From Escherichia coli (GTDB lineage Bacteria > Pseudomonadota > Gammaproteobacteria > Enterobacterales > Enterobacteriaceae), in assembly GCA_029351405.1 (NCBI GenBank), contig GCA_029351405.1_4841.1: DNA of 64,000 nt, one strand, 5' to 3'. Shown one piece after another: positions 44,315 through 53,746 of this stretch (position 1 is its first letter; each line of letters begins with the position of its first letter). Made by a program: the position numbers and the translations under genes. The notes beneath the pieces are model-generated. The model saw only the letters and a list, made by a program, of their open reading frames with translations, had not been told where the DNA came from and ran no database searches.

Positions 44315-47300
44315 TCAGATCTTAATCTGCATGTTGCCACCCAGGGACTGCTCGTACTCGCTGTATGCGCCTTCCCCGTAGTCTCGTGCCCACTGGTCAG
44401 ACTGCTGGGCGCTATCCAGAGTCATCAGGTTTGGTTCAGTCGGGTTGTAACCCTTGGACTTCGCATCCCGGTACAGAGTCTGCAGGTACTGGTTGGCGCG
44501 GTCAATCTGAGCTTTGAACTCGCGATATGCCCCTTCAGTTGTGTTGCGGCGGAAGGTGATATCCCAGTCCACGTTCAGAGTCTGGCCATCACGGCTTGCA
44601 TAGATCTGCCAATCCAGGTCGCGACCTTTTGGTGCGTTGTCGCGGATGGAGTCGGCGTATGCCGCAAGGTCGACACCAGTCTTCTTCGCAGTACTCGACT
44701 CTTTCTCCAGTCTCTCGGTTTCTTTGGACAGGATACCCAACATAAATTCATTAGTGCGGCGATCCGCCATGTCGTACCCGCGCCAAAGGACTGAACCGTT
44801 GTTGTCAACAGAAATGTCGTCCAAAAATACTTGTTTCGGATTATGCGACGTGCTTTTCAGAGTTTGCATATTCCGAGATATCATTTCCATATTAGAAGAA
44901 ATTTCATCGATCAATGCCTGAACAATGTCTTTCTTCAAAGGAAGTTCATATGTCTTCGGATTGTTCAGCAGCCGCCCTTTCTGGGAGATCATCGGTGTGA
45001 ACGCGACTTTTCCTTTGTCGTAGTAATAGGTCACATTCGTGGTCAATACAGCACCATCATACTTCCCAGTTTTCGGGAAATTGACGCCAGACCAAGTGAT
45101 GGACATACCGTTGACAGTCTCACCAAACACCATGGCGTTGCTTGGCATCTTCAGGGTTCCAGAGTTGACCAGATCAGCGCCTTGGGCATTCAGGTCGATA
45201 GAACCATAGATGGCCCCGGTAATACGATCTTTCAGCATCAGGGTCTTGTCGCCCTTCTCTGGGATGATTTCCAGCGGGTGCTTGCCACGCGGAGGCTCTT
45301 TGATGAGTTCCAGCAGAGCAGTGTTCCCAGGCTTCACACGATTCAGGACAGCGTCGGACACTGTCAGAGTCCAGTTTGCGGTTTCCACATAACCCCAGCC
45401 CCGAGAACGGCGAATGGCTTTGATAGGATATGGAGCGCTTGTTGGAACTGCGCTAATTTCCCATTTGCCAGTGTACTGGGTCTTGGCAACCTCAAAGATG
45501 GACGCAATTACCGCATTGGCGACGTCACGGGCGCTACCTTTGGCCACGCTCTCCTCTTCAGCAATTTCGCTGAAAACTGAGTATTGAACGAAACCAGCGA
45601 GGACGTTTGTGAAGTTGACAACGATAACCAACCCGCCTGCCGTCGTGTAACGACCAGCGCCCACGCGACGGATGTTTTCACCAGGAAGAATAGAAGTGTC
45701 CAGCCCAACGTTGGTATCAATGATACCCAGAACACGAGCGATGAAACCGCTGTCACGTAATTGATCAACACTGGTTGCACCCTCGGTCGAATCCGATGCG
45801 GATTTAGACACTTTGTTCAACTTGATAGAGACAAGAGTTTCCCCGTTGACACCGATGATATCCCATTCAGTACCCTGCTCGTTCGAGATGCGGGCAATCT
45901 TGCGCTTTGAATTGATGGCACCTTCGTAACGCCCGTTTTTGACCACAACAGAGGCAGTAGCAGCATCAGTAGCACTTGCTGCATTTGAAAAGTCTGGGTC
46001 AGAAATACTGATGTCGACGTCACCGTTTTGAGAACGCATGCGAACACCGTTTTTGAATCGTTCCACGTTTACTTCTCGAGCACCAAGTCGTTTGGCATCA
46101 ATAACAGCAGTTCCAGAACCGATAATGTTGGCTGGGTTATTTCTGTCTGAACTGTTTTGAGAACCTTTCCAAAATTTTGTGGACGCTGTGGTGAAATCAT
46201 TCAGGATACTGATAGGGACTTGTGGTAATTTCAACTGACGAGCAATGAAATCAGCACTTTGCCCACGCACAGGTTTCTCATTCATGTATGCGCCAACATA
46301 CACGCCCGGCTCATTGTAGTGGGGAGCGATATTTGCCGTGACTAAGCGACCTTTTTCTTTCCCCGCCCACACTAACATTGGTTGAGTGGCATCGGCTTTT
46401 GTGAGTTTCCAACCGTTGTCATTGCTGGTGTCATTGCTGGTGTCATTGCTGGTGTCAACGTCCACCACCAGAATTATCTGAGCACCTTTCTTGAAAGTGT
46501 ACTGATCGTACATGCCTTTCTTCTGTTTGGTCATGGACGCACCGACCAAGTCTTGGTTGGTGAAGCCGCGCTTCATATTCCAAGATACCTCAGTCCCGTC
46601 TGGATATTTGTCAAAATCATAACCATAGAATGCGGCTACTTCTTTCGAACCGCTTATCAGGCGGACGTAGTTTCCACGAATCGGGTCTCGCCCGCTCTTC
46701 AACTCCAGACCAGTGTCCGAGCTGTTGTACCACTCGCGGTTGACTTCGATTTCAGAAGAACCAGCCCCAACTCCCACATCCGAAGTATTATTCTGAACCG
46801 GAACGTCGCCGACCTTGTCTGGATCATCCCAGGTGATACCCTGCATCTTCGGACCGTCGAATACCTGAGCCGGATCTTTACCCTTGCGGACCAGCCACAC
46901 ATAACCACGGTCAGGGACAGGCGCGTAGGTCAGGTCCATGACATTCAGTTTCTGTTTCAGACCGGACTGGCGGATAATCTTAGGAATCAGGGTCATACCG
47001 CGATCCAGTGCTTTCTTGGAGAAGTTGACAGCAAAGCCATCGATGGTCTTGCCCAGAGGAGTCGCCATGAATTGTTTGGTCGCTTCGATCATGCTGGCAA
47101 TAACGCGCATTGGGTTCTTGAAGCGAGCGATGGCGTCAGGATAGACGGAGCCGCGCTTCTGGCCGATGAAAACCTGACGAACGCTCTTGCCCAGCCCCTG
47201 AGGGGTATAGAACTGAATACGGTATTCCTTTTCATCTTCGTCGACGAAGGTGAAGAACACATCGCCTGCGTTCTTCTTACCCATGGTCAGCTCATACGGA

Positions 47301-47368
47301 GCGGAGTTGAACGCTTCGTCCAACTGATCTCTTTCCTGCATGAACTGGAGGAAACTTAGCTTTGACAT
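44315..47368 (-). CDS. large hypothetical protein (1017 aa; possible virion structural or ejected protein)
   Basis: Long uninterrupted ORF with AGGAG ribosome-binding site; contains DTSN x3 repeat; lies upstream of a late gene; no catalytic motif recognised. Confidence 0.6.
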   Translation of the reverse strand: MSKLSFLQFMQERDQLDEAFNSAPYELTMGKKNAGDVFFTFVDEDEKEYRIQFYTPQGLGKSVRQVFIGQKRGSVYPDAIARFKNPMRVIASMIEATKQFMATPLGKTIDGFAVNFSKKALDRGMTLIPKIIRQSGLKQKLNVMDLTYAPVPDRGYVWLVRKGKDPAQVFDGPKMQGITWDDPDKVGDVPVQNNTSDVGVGAGSSEIEVNREWYNSSDTGLELKSGRDPIRGNYVRLISGSKEVAAFYGYDFDKYPDGTEVSWNMKRGFTNQDLVGASMTKQKKGMYDQYTFKKGAQIILVVDVDTSNDTSNDTSNDNGWKLTKADATQPMLVWAGKEKGRLVTANIAPHYNEPGVYVGAYMNEKPVRGQSADFIARQLKLPQVPISILNDFTTASTKFWKGSQNSSDRNNPANIIGSGTAVIDAKRLGAREVNVERFKNGVRMRSQNGDVDISISDPDFSNAASATDAATASVVVKNGRYEGAINSKRKIARISNEQGTEWDIIGVNGETLVSIKLNKVSKSASDSTEGATSVDQLRDSGFIARVLGIIDTNVGLDTSILPGENIRRVGAGRYTTAGGLVIVVNFTNVLAGFVQYSVFSEIAEEESVAKGSARDVANAVIASIFEVAKTQYTGKWEISAVPTSAPYPIKAIRRSRGWGYVETANWTLTVSDAVLNRVKPGNTALLELIKEPPRGKHPLEIIPEKGDKTLMLKDRITGAIYGSIDLNAQGADLVNSGTLKMPSNAMVFGETVNGMSITWSGVNFPKTGKYDGAVLTTNVTYYYDKGKVAFTPMISQKGRLLNNPKTYELPLKKDIVQALIDEISSNMEMISRNMQTLKSTSHNPKQVFLDDISVDNNGSVLWRGYDMADRRTNEFMLGILSKETERLEKESSTAKKTGVDLAAYADSIRDNAPKGRDLDWQIYASRDGQTLNVDWDITFRRNTTEGAYREFKAQIDRANQYLQTLYRDAKSKGYNPTEPNLMTLDSAQQSDQWARDYGEGAYSEYEQSLGGNMQIKI
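46418..46453 (-). repeat. 12-nt tandem repeat x3 (GTCATTGCTGGT on plus strand) encoding DTSN-DTSN-DTSN
   Basis: Three perfect consecutive copies read directly in sequence, in-frame within the 1017-aa CDS. Confidence 0.8.
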
Positions 47369-47443
47369 TTTATATCTCCTGATTGAATTAACGGCGATTT
47401 CTTCTAATTAGCGAAACCAAAAGGGAGCGTCAGCCCCCTTATC

Positions 47444-47779
47444 TTATTTTTGAACTTGGGCTACAGACATCGCCCAGAGCGGGAGGGTGTGGGGGTCCAG
47501 GGCTTCCAGTAGATATTCGACGCGCTCTGACATGATACCTTCAGGGAAGTTTACTTCTTCTGGTTCGTTGTTGGCCGTCCAACCCAAGGTCAGTCCTTCA
47601 GCGTGATGGATGATATAAACGAAGTCGCCCGATTCGTAGTCCTTTTCCATCAGGTCGAAGAACGCTTCCATTTCTTCGTCGGAGAAGTAGTAGATGCGAG
47701 GTACGGAGCCGTCAGCAAAGTGTTCAGCACCCTGGAAGGCAAACATGTCATCGGCGGTGAAGTTCTTGAGTTGTGTCAT
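47444..47779 (-). CDS. hypothetical protein
   Basis: Start at Met inside AGGAACTATATCATG cassette; acidic; followed by hairpin and T-tract. Confidence 0.45.
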   Translation of the reverse strand: MTQLKNFTADDMFAFQGAEHFADGSVPRIYYFSDEEMEAFFDLMEKDYESGDFVYIIHHAEGLTLGWTANNEPEEVNFPEGIMSERVEYLLEALDPHTLPLWAMSVAQVQK

Positions 47780-47801
47780 GATATAGTTCCTTCGGTTCAA
47801 A

Positions 47802-48077
47802 TTAACGGCGGAAAGGGCGGTTTGCGTTTTCGCGGTTAGACCAATTCTTTTCAGCCCGAGCGATAGCCGCTGGACTCCATTCGCGCTCCCACTCTTTGTC
47901 TACTTCAGCCTGGTTGGCAGGCTCTACCATTTCAACGCCAGGGAAGTCGCATGACATGATTTCGCGCAGCTGGGCAGCTGGGGCGGTCTGGGCGTGGATC
48001 AATTCTTCGCCGTCGTAAACCTTGGCCATCAGGTATTTCTGACCGTGGCGGATATATGCGTCGAGGATAATTTTCAT
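47802..48077 (-). CDS. hypothetical protein
   Basis: Start at Met inside AGGAACTACACCATG cassette. Confidence 0.45.
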   Translation of the reverse strand: MKIILDAYIRHGQKYLMAKVYDGEELIHAQTAPAAQLREIMSCDFPGVEMVEPANQAEVDKEWEREWSPAAIARAEKNWSNRENANRPFRR

Positions 48078-48192
48078 GGTGTAGTTCCTGCTTTTCAAGT
48101 TGGTGTTGTACTGCTTATGGAATGAAGTATAGGGAAGGATATTGAAGAAGTAAAGGGGCGAAAGCCCCTTTTATTGAATTATTTTTACGGCG

Positions 48193-48822
48193 TCAGCTCA
48201 CAACCGGAATGTGGGATCGAATACCTGCGATGATGTCCTTCAGCTGAGGCTTCCATCCACCCACCAAACGGGGTAGAGCGATAGCACCAGGCTGGACCAA
48301 AATGATGTCGCTGCCTGTGATATTGTGCTGAGGGAACTGGGCGAGGTACTGCTCCATTGTGACACCCTCATCAATCAGAACCGCACCGACGTCAGACGAT
48401 GCGTAGGTTGCACCCAGACCGTCAACGCCCCATGCCAAGATGCCCCAGTCAGGGATGTTGGCTTCAGATGTGATGGTGAATCCAAACACGGTGTTCAGCG
48501 ATGTAAAGGAGTAGACATCGTGGGTGAGGTCATGCACCAGATACCCCTTGGCCAGCATATCGGCAAAGATCGCGTCTGTATCGCCAGCAGCCGGAGTCGG
48601 CACAGTAAACAACAGCTCACCCTCAGGAGGAGCAGGGTATGTTCTGAGGGCATAGAGGCACCATGCGTCAATACACTTCTTGATAAATGCCTCTGGTGCG
48701 ACATAATCGGCAAGGCGAACCGTGCCTGAGTACTCGGATACGATGATGCCTTCCTTCGCGCCCTGTAGAGCGATGAAGACCAAGATATGTTCATATCCGG
48801 TCTGAGATGGAGTGATGTTCAT
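48193..48822 (-). CDS. hypothetical protein
   Basis: Start at internal Met (MNITPSQ) overlapping upstream stop; no motif. Confidence 0.45.
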   Translation of the reverse strand: MNITPSQTGYEHILVFIALQGAKEGIIVSEYSGTVRLADYVAPEAFIKKCIDAWCLYALRTYPAPPEGELLFTVPTPAAGDTDAIFADMLAKGYLVHDLTHDVYSFTSLNTVFGFTITSEANIPDWGILAWGVDGLGATYASSDVGAVLIDEGVTMEQYLAQFPQHNITGSDIILVQPGAIALPRLVGGWKPQLKDIIAGIRSHIPVVS

Positions 48823-49436
48823 TATCTTGTCCTCTTCAGTTTCTCTATCGTGTGCTTGTTCATGGCGATCACCCGAGGATCTACCTCGGAGATGGTCCGG
48901 CCTTTGAAGGACACACATTTCTGAAGATATTTAGCTTTCTTCACGACGTCAGCGGCATAAGCGTTCGATGCAGGATTACGGGCAAAGCCAGCATTGTAAG
49001 AGGAGAGGGATTTGCGGATATTCTGATTGTGATAGGTCAGCCAGAACTGCATCTCATCGAGGGCGGCTTGCGCGGCATATTCTTGGTCGGTCAGCAACTT
49101 TATGGCGACATTGGCATAGCACTTGCGATTCTTACAACCTTCGCGATCACCAACTGTCTTCACCTTGTTCTGAAAGGCTCCCATGTTGGCCGCCTTGAGG
49201 CCGTATCGCATTGACACTACATCTTCGCCAGCGCGGCTCTCACGCCAAGATATGGCGGCCAGAGTGTAGCCAAGATCTTGTGTCTTGCCCACGTGATAGG
49301 CGGTTGCCATCGTATTAAGTTGTTGCTCGGAGAAATTATAAACACATTGGCTTGTATTTTGGGAAGCGTGCACATTCCCGCTGGCAATGGTAAAGGTCAC
49401 GGACAAGGCCATGGCCTTCAACGTTGTCATCGTCAT
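48822..49436 (-). CDS. exported lytic transglycosylase (SLT-domain) with signal peptide
   Basis: N-terminal signal peptide (MTMTTLKAMALSVTFTIASGNVHA); SLT catalytic motif AISWRESRAGEDVVS ... GAFQ and later YNAG motif. Confidence 0.55.
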   Translation of the reverse strand: MTMTTLKAMALSVTFTIASGNVHASQNTSQCVYNFSEQQLNTMATAYHVGKTQDLGYTLAAISWRESRAGEDVVSMRYGLKAANMGAFQNKVKTVGDREGCKNRKCYANVAIKLLTDQEYAAQAALDEMQFWLTYHNQNIRKSLSSYNAGFARNPASNAYAADVVKKAKYLQKCVSFKGRTISEVDPRVIAMNKHTIEKLKRTR

Positions 49437-49534
49437 GATGGCGTTCCTTATGTTTTGTCGACTTGCAGCTCGCTTGAGCCTCCTGACAGGGGGTTAAAAG
49501 ATAAAGGGCACGTGATATTTAGTGCCCTTCAGCC

Positions 49535-49819
49535 TCATTCGTAGATGAGGTGGTAGGATTCCTCGATACACTCCAGCCAGCCGTAGACGAACTGTAGAGG
49601 GTCATCCCATGCCGTCTTGGTCGCGACGGTAAAGTTGCCGTCCAGGATCTGCATATCTTGGTACTTGTTGAAAGCGAGTACAGCATCAACCACAATCAGA
49701 CCGCCCTGCTCAAGATAACGATTCGGAGTGACGGTCACTTGGTAATGAGGATTCCTGCGATTCCATATCTCCACAGCAATGTCACAGGATTCCTGAATTT
49801 CATCTTTGTTTTCTGACAT
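49535..49819 (-). CDS. hypothetical protein
   Basis: 94 aa ORF. Confidence 0.4.
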   Translation of the reverse strand: MSENKDEIQESCDIAVEIWNRRNPHYQVTVTPNRYLEQGGLIVVDAVLAFNKYQDMQILDGNFTVATKTAWDDPLQFVYGWLECIEESYHLIYE

Positions 49820-50129
49820 ACGTTTGTCTCAGATGTTCGGTAAAGGATTTACCCAGCTTGCGGAATAGTTTAATACGACCAATGACTTTGACGTAAACAT
49901 CTCCGTGGCAGGGGCGCGGCTTACACCAGCACCCCAATACCTTCCCGTCAAGATCAAGGAGTTCATCCTCAGTGATATCCCCTTCAATCAGGCGCACATA
50001 CAGGTCGTCCTCAAACAGTTCGATACAGACGCCTCGTCCATGGTCTTTGACCTCAAACGGGTTTCCCCATTTACCAGGCCGACCAATGTAGACGTCATAT
50101 GGCTCCTTCTTGAAGTGGACGACTTTCAT
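49800..50129 (-). CDS. DUF4326-like conserved protein
   Basis: Pattern YIGRPGKWGNPF ... GCWCKPRPCHGD recalled as characteristic of DUF4326. Confidence 0.45.
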   Translation of the reverse strand: MKVVHFKKEPYDVYIGRPGKWGNPFEVKDHGRGVCIELFEDDLYVRLIEGDITEDELLDLDGKVLGCWCKPRPCHGDVYVKVIGRIKLFRKLGKSFTEHLRQTYVRKQR

Positions 50130-50290
50130 TTCAGGATTTGACCTGCAAGTAGATAACAGAACCAGACAGAGAACCCGAGATACCCCAGTGCTTTCAGGTA
50201 GTTTTTCCTTTCGACTTCACGAGAAAACGCAACGATGTCAATGATGCATGCAAAGACCAGGATTGCGAGTTTAATTTGTTCGTAGTTCAT
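50127..50290 (-). CDS. micro-ORF encoding small membrane peptide (about 52 aa)
   Basis: ATG with AAGGA ribosome-binding site just after gp46 stop; hydrophobic product; stop overlaps next start; not in ORF track. Confidence 0.3.
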
Positions 50291-50292
50291 GA

Positions 50293-52638
50293 TCAATCCT
50301 TATTGATAACTTCGGTCAGGCCGTTGCGCAGGCCATAGCGAATATTGTGTTGGAAGTATTCCTGGAACTCCTGCTCACGCTGGCTGATGACAAACAGGTT
50401 GTTCCCGCCGAACTTATGCTTCAACATCTCAACCGATTCCTGCACCCCGCGCTCGCTCATGTTCTCAAGGATCTCGTCCAGCACGAACAGGTTACATTGT
50501 ACAGACGCCTTGAGGTTAGCCACATCGCGCAGGGCTAATGTCACAGCCAGGTTCAGACGACTGCGCTGACCAGTAGACAGGGAGAAGATACTCTGTCCTT
50601 TGCGGCCTGCTGCGCTCATGGTGATCTCAAAGGTATCGTCAACAACGATGTCCAAGAACATGTTGAGGGCTTCAAGATACTCGTTGATCTTGCTATTGAG
50701 GAATGGCAGATACAGGGCGATGATACGCGCCTTGGTCTGGTCATCTTTCAAGAAGAACAGCAGGTGCTGTAAGTCCTGGAGTTCCTGGTCGGCATCCTCG
50801 CGGCGCTGGTATAGATCCTCCAGTTCACCCTCCAACGCAGCGATAGAGTTCTCTAGGTCGGTGGTAGGTGTTGGCTGTACAGCCAGTTTACGCTCCAGAT
50901 CGGCAATAGACGCCACGAGAGGAGCACGACGGGCTTTCAGCTCGGCGATCTTATCATCGACGGCTTTAATCCCGCTGACGGCATTCTCTCGCGTTTGTTG
51001 TAGTGACGCAGTGATGTCTTCAAAACGAACGTTCAGTGCCTTGCGGATGTCAAGGATCTTCTGTTGGCATTCACGGTTCAGCGAATTACACTCAATCGTG
51101 GCGGCATCATGAAAACCTTGAATATCACGGCGCAGCTGCTTGATGTTGTCAACGATTTCGTCGGCCTGCTTGCGCATTGCATCCAGTTCAGCATCCAACA
51201 CAGCAATGTCAGCAACCAGCTTGTCGTCCTGGGCTTTGTGGTCATCGATCAGGACATTGATATCGGCGGTAACTTTGTCCAGTTGATCTAACTTCGACTG
51301 CAGTTCCTGGATCTGAGGATTGTACTCGCTTTCAATACGCGCCTTGGTGTCATCAGACACTAGTTGGGTACATGTTGGGCAAGTCCCCATGTCGTGGAAG
51401 CGCTTGATGGCCGACTGATGCCCATCCATTTCGGTCTGGAACTTGATACGGAAGTTTTCACCCTGTTGACGGCGCTGGATAGCAGCGTTCAGGGCGTCCA
51501 GGTTTGTGTTGCGCTCGGTGAGCAGAGTGTTCTTGCGTTCGGCCACTGTAAAGGCGCGGTCACGCAAGACCTGAAGATCATGCTCCGCAGTAGACACTTC
51601 GATGCGCTCATAATCGTCAGCCTTGTCCTGCGCGGCGTCCTTCACCGCCTGGATCTTGGTATCAAAGTCTTTCTTGACAGCCTCGATCTCCACCATGGAT
51701 TCATCATGCAGGCGGCTTTCTACCGTCTTCATTTCCTGGCTGGCTTCGAACTCAACCGCAGCGAGACGGGTGCGCTCTTCATTCTGGGAAGCGATGTCAG
51801 CATCCAGGGCATTCAGGGCTTCCTGTTGCTGTACAAGGATATCGGCCGACTGCTGTTGGATCAGGGCGTTGGATTGCTCGATCTGCTGAAGCTGCGTCTT
51901 CTTGTTGGTGTGGTCAACAACCTTCAGTGCGCATTCGTTAGATATAGAGTCCAGAGTTGCATTTGTCCTTTTGATGGCGGCCTTGACATCTTCGTTCATC
52001 AGGCTGAAGAAGCCCAAGTCCCAGATAGTCTCCACCATCGCGCGGCGGTCGGCTGTGTACATCTCCGTGAACGGAATGAACTTCTCTTTACCCAGCACCA
52101 GAGAGTTCTCAAACATCTTCTGGTCCACGCCGATGAGATTCACGATGTACTTGTTCATGTCGGCTTTGGCTGCTTCGTTATCGATCTGCAACCACTTGCC
52201 GTCCACCATCTGGTAGACTTCAACAAAGTCAGGTTTAATGCCACGGCGAACCTTCCATTCGCTACCACGGCAGGCAAACTCCACCTCACCCACACATTCC
52301 TTGCGGCTTTGTGAGTTAACCAGGCCTGCCTTCTTCTCCTTCTTGCTGTATGTGTCGTTGTACAGTACGAAAAACAGCAGCCATACCAACATCGTGGATT
52401 TACCCGCGCCGTTGTCATCAGACGTGACAAGGGTGGCCGGGTTGCGCTGATAATCAATCTCCATGAACTGATTGCCGATGGAGCGGAAGTTCTTGGCGCG
52501 GCCTTTGCGGAAGGTCAGTTTGTGTGTAACAACGTTACGCACTTCAAATGGGACTTCAACCTCGACCGGGGCGTCGGCTTCCTTCAAAAGATTACCAAAT
52601 TTGGTCAAGATATCTGTGCTCTGAGTCATGTTATGCAT
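50293..52638 (-). CDS. recombination endonuclease subunit (gp46 / SbcC / Rad50-like ATPase)
   Basis: Walker A GAGKST, long coiled coils with CPTC zinc hook, ABC signature LSTGQRSRL, Walker B LFVLDE. Confidence 0.8.
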   Translation of the reverse strand: MHNMTQSTDILTKFGNLLKEADAPVEVEVPFEVRNVVTHKLTFRKGRAKNFRSIGNQFMEIDYQRNPATLVTSDDNGAGKSTMLVWLLFFVLYNDTYSKKEKKAGLVNSQSRKECVGEVEFACRGSEWKVRRGIKPDFVEVYQMVDGKWLQIDNEAAKADMNKYIVNLIGVDQKMFENSLVLGKEKFIPFTEMYTADRRAMVETIWDLGFFSLMNEDVKAAIKRTNATLDSISNECALKVVDHTNKKTQLQQIEQSNALIQQQSADILVQQQEALNALDADIASQNEERTRLAAVEFEASQEMKTVESRLHDESMVEIEAVKKDFDTKIQAVKDAAQDKADDYERIEVSTAEHDLQVLRDRAFTVAERKNTLLTERNTNLDALNAAIQRRQQGENFRIKFQTEMDGHQSAIKRFHDMGTCPTCTQLVSDDTKARIESEYNPQIQELQSKLDQLDKVTADINVLIDDHKAQDDKLVADIAVLDAELDAMRKQADEIVDNIKQLRRDIQGFHDAATIECNSLNRECQQKILDIRKALNVRFEDITASLQQTRENAVSGIKAVDDKIAELKARRAPLVASIADLERKLAVQPTPTTDLENSIAALEGELEDLYQRREDADQELQDLQHLLFFLKDDQTKARIIALYLPFLNSKINEYLEALNMFLDIVVDDTFEITMSAAGRKGQSIFSLSTGQRSRLNLAVTLALRDVANLKASVQCNLFVLDEILENMSERGVQESVEMLKHKFGGNNLFVISQREQEFQEYFQHNIRYGLRNGLTEVINKD

Positions 52639-53746
52639 CCAGTTTGTTCAGGCGTTGTTGGGCAGCATTATAGAAGTGCTCTGCCAGTTTACAGACGTTG
52701 TCGGGGCGCTGAATGTTGTTCCCGGCGCGGATATCCTTCTTCAGGACTTCCACCGCATCGGTCGCCACCATCTCTTCGGTGACCTCAACCTTCTCGGCAG
52801 CAACAGTAATCGTCCGGTCGATGAAGTTGTAGTCAATACACTTGCATCGCTTCATGGCATCACAGAACTTTTCATAATGCTTAGCATTGTCACGGTTCTG
52901 TACAATAACCTTAACGATTTGCCCTTCAATACCCAAGCCTGTGTTCAACCATTCCGGGTCGATCCAATTACCTTCTTCATCAGAGGACAACTTGGTGTAA
53001 TCATATTCCACATAGCGGAACAGCGTCTGGTGCTCGGCGTTCGGGATAAAGATCTCACCACCACGCATGTCGTCTACATAGAAGCCACGATTGGTCCCGT
53101 CTTTGTAGTCTTCCCAGTTCAGGTGATACGGAGTCCCAATATATTGAATGTTACCTTCCATCGAACGGGTATGGAAATGCCCCGTGTCGACCCTGGTAAA
53201 CTTGGAAAGCAGCGCAACGTCGATCTGACCGTGATCACAAGTAGAAGACTGGTACATTTTGAACCCCGCCAGCTCCAGATGCGCAAAACAGTACTCGGCG
53301 TCTGTATCCTGTATCGCTTTAATAGACGCATCATAGTTCTCCTTGTTGATCCAAGGCAGCAGCAGAGTCTTGACACCCTCGATCATCACTTCGGTCGGTT
53401 CGCTGTAATAGCAGTACACATCCGGGTCGAGTTCGTTCAGGTAGGATGGCCAGTTGATGCGGTTGGACTCTTCCAGGGTGATGTCATGGTTGCCCACGAT
53501 GCCATTCCACTTGATACCAGCCGCTTTCAACGCAGGGGTGAGTTCATCCTTCAGCCAGTCTTTGTCGCGCCCGTACATGAATTTGCGGACATCAAACGTA
53601 TCACCGAACTGCCAGACCTCTTTGATATCAGAGTCGGCAAGTTCAGGAATGAAATAATTGATGAGATAGTTCTTGATGAAGTCGCGAACGTATCGAGAAC
53701 CATTACGGCTCCCGATATGCAGATCGCCAATTTTAGCAATCGCCAT
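52631..53746 (-). CDS. recombination endonuclease subunit (gp47 / SbcD / Mre11-like nuclease)
   Basis: Metallophosphoesterase motifs GDLHIG, GDTFD, GNHD and HFH in Mre11 order; overlaps gp46-like start. Confidence 0.8.
   Translation of the reverse strand: MAIAKIGDLHIGSRNGSRYVRDFIKNYLINYFIPELADSDIKEVWQFGDTFDVRKFMYGRDKDWLKDELTPALKAAGIKWNGIVGNHDITLEESNRINWPSYLNELDPDVYCYYSEPTEVMIEGVKTLLLPWINKENYDASIKAIQDTDAEYCFAHLELAGFKMYQSSTCDHGQIDVALLSKFTRVDTGHFHTRSMEGNIQYIGTPYHLNWEDYKDGTNRGFYVDDMRGGEIFIPNAEHQTLFRYVEYDYTKLSSDEEGNWIDPEWLNTGLGIEGQIVKVIVQNRDNAKHYEKFCDAMKRCKCIDYNFIDRTITVAAEKVEVTEEMVATDAVEVLKKDIRAGNNIQRPDNVCKLAEHFYNAAQQRLNKLDA

Noticed and set aside
46382-47359. 325-aa plus-strand ORF (and 44831..45580, 249 aa)
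   Set aside because: Antisense within the 1017-aa minus-strand CDS, which has a ribosome-binding site and continuous coding signal.
49800-50129. Possible GIY-YIG homing endonuclease (YDVYIGR)
   Set aside because: Only one half of the bipartite GIY...YIG motif is present; the Cys/His pattern fits a DUF4326-like protein better.
51364-52314. 316-aa plus-strand ORF (and 52628..53782, 384 aa)
   Set aside because: Antisense to the gp46-like and gp47-like genes, which carry clear ATPase and nuclease motifs; taken as shadow ORFs.
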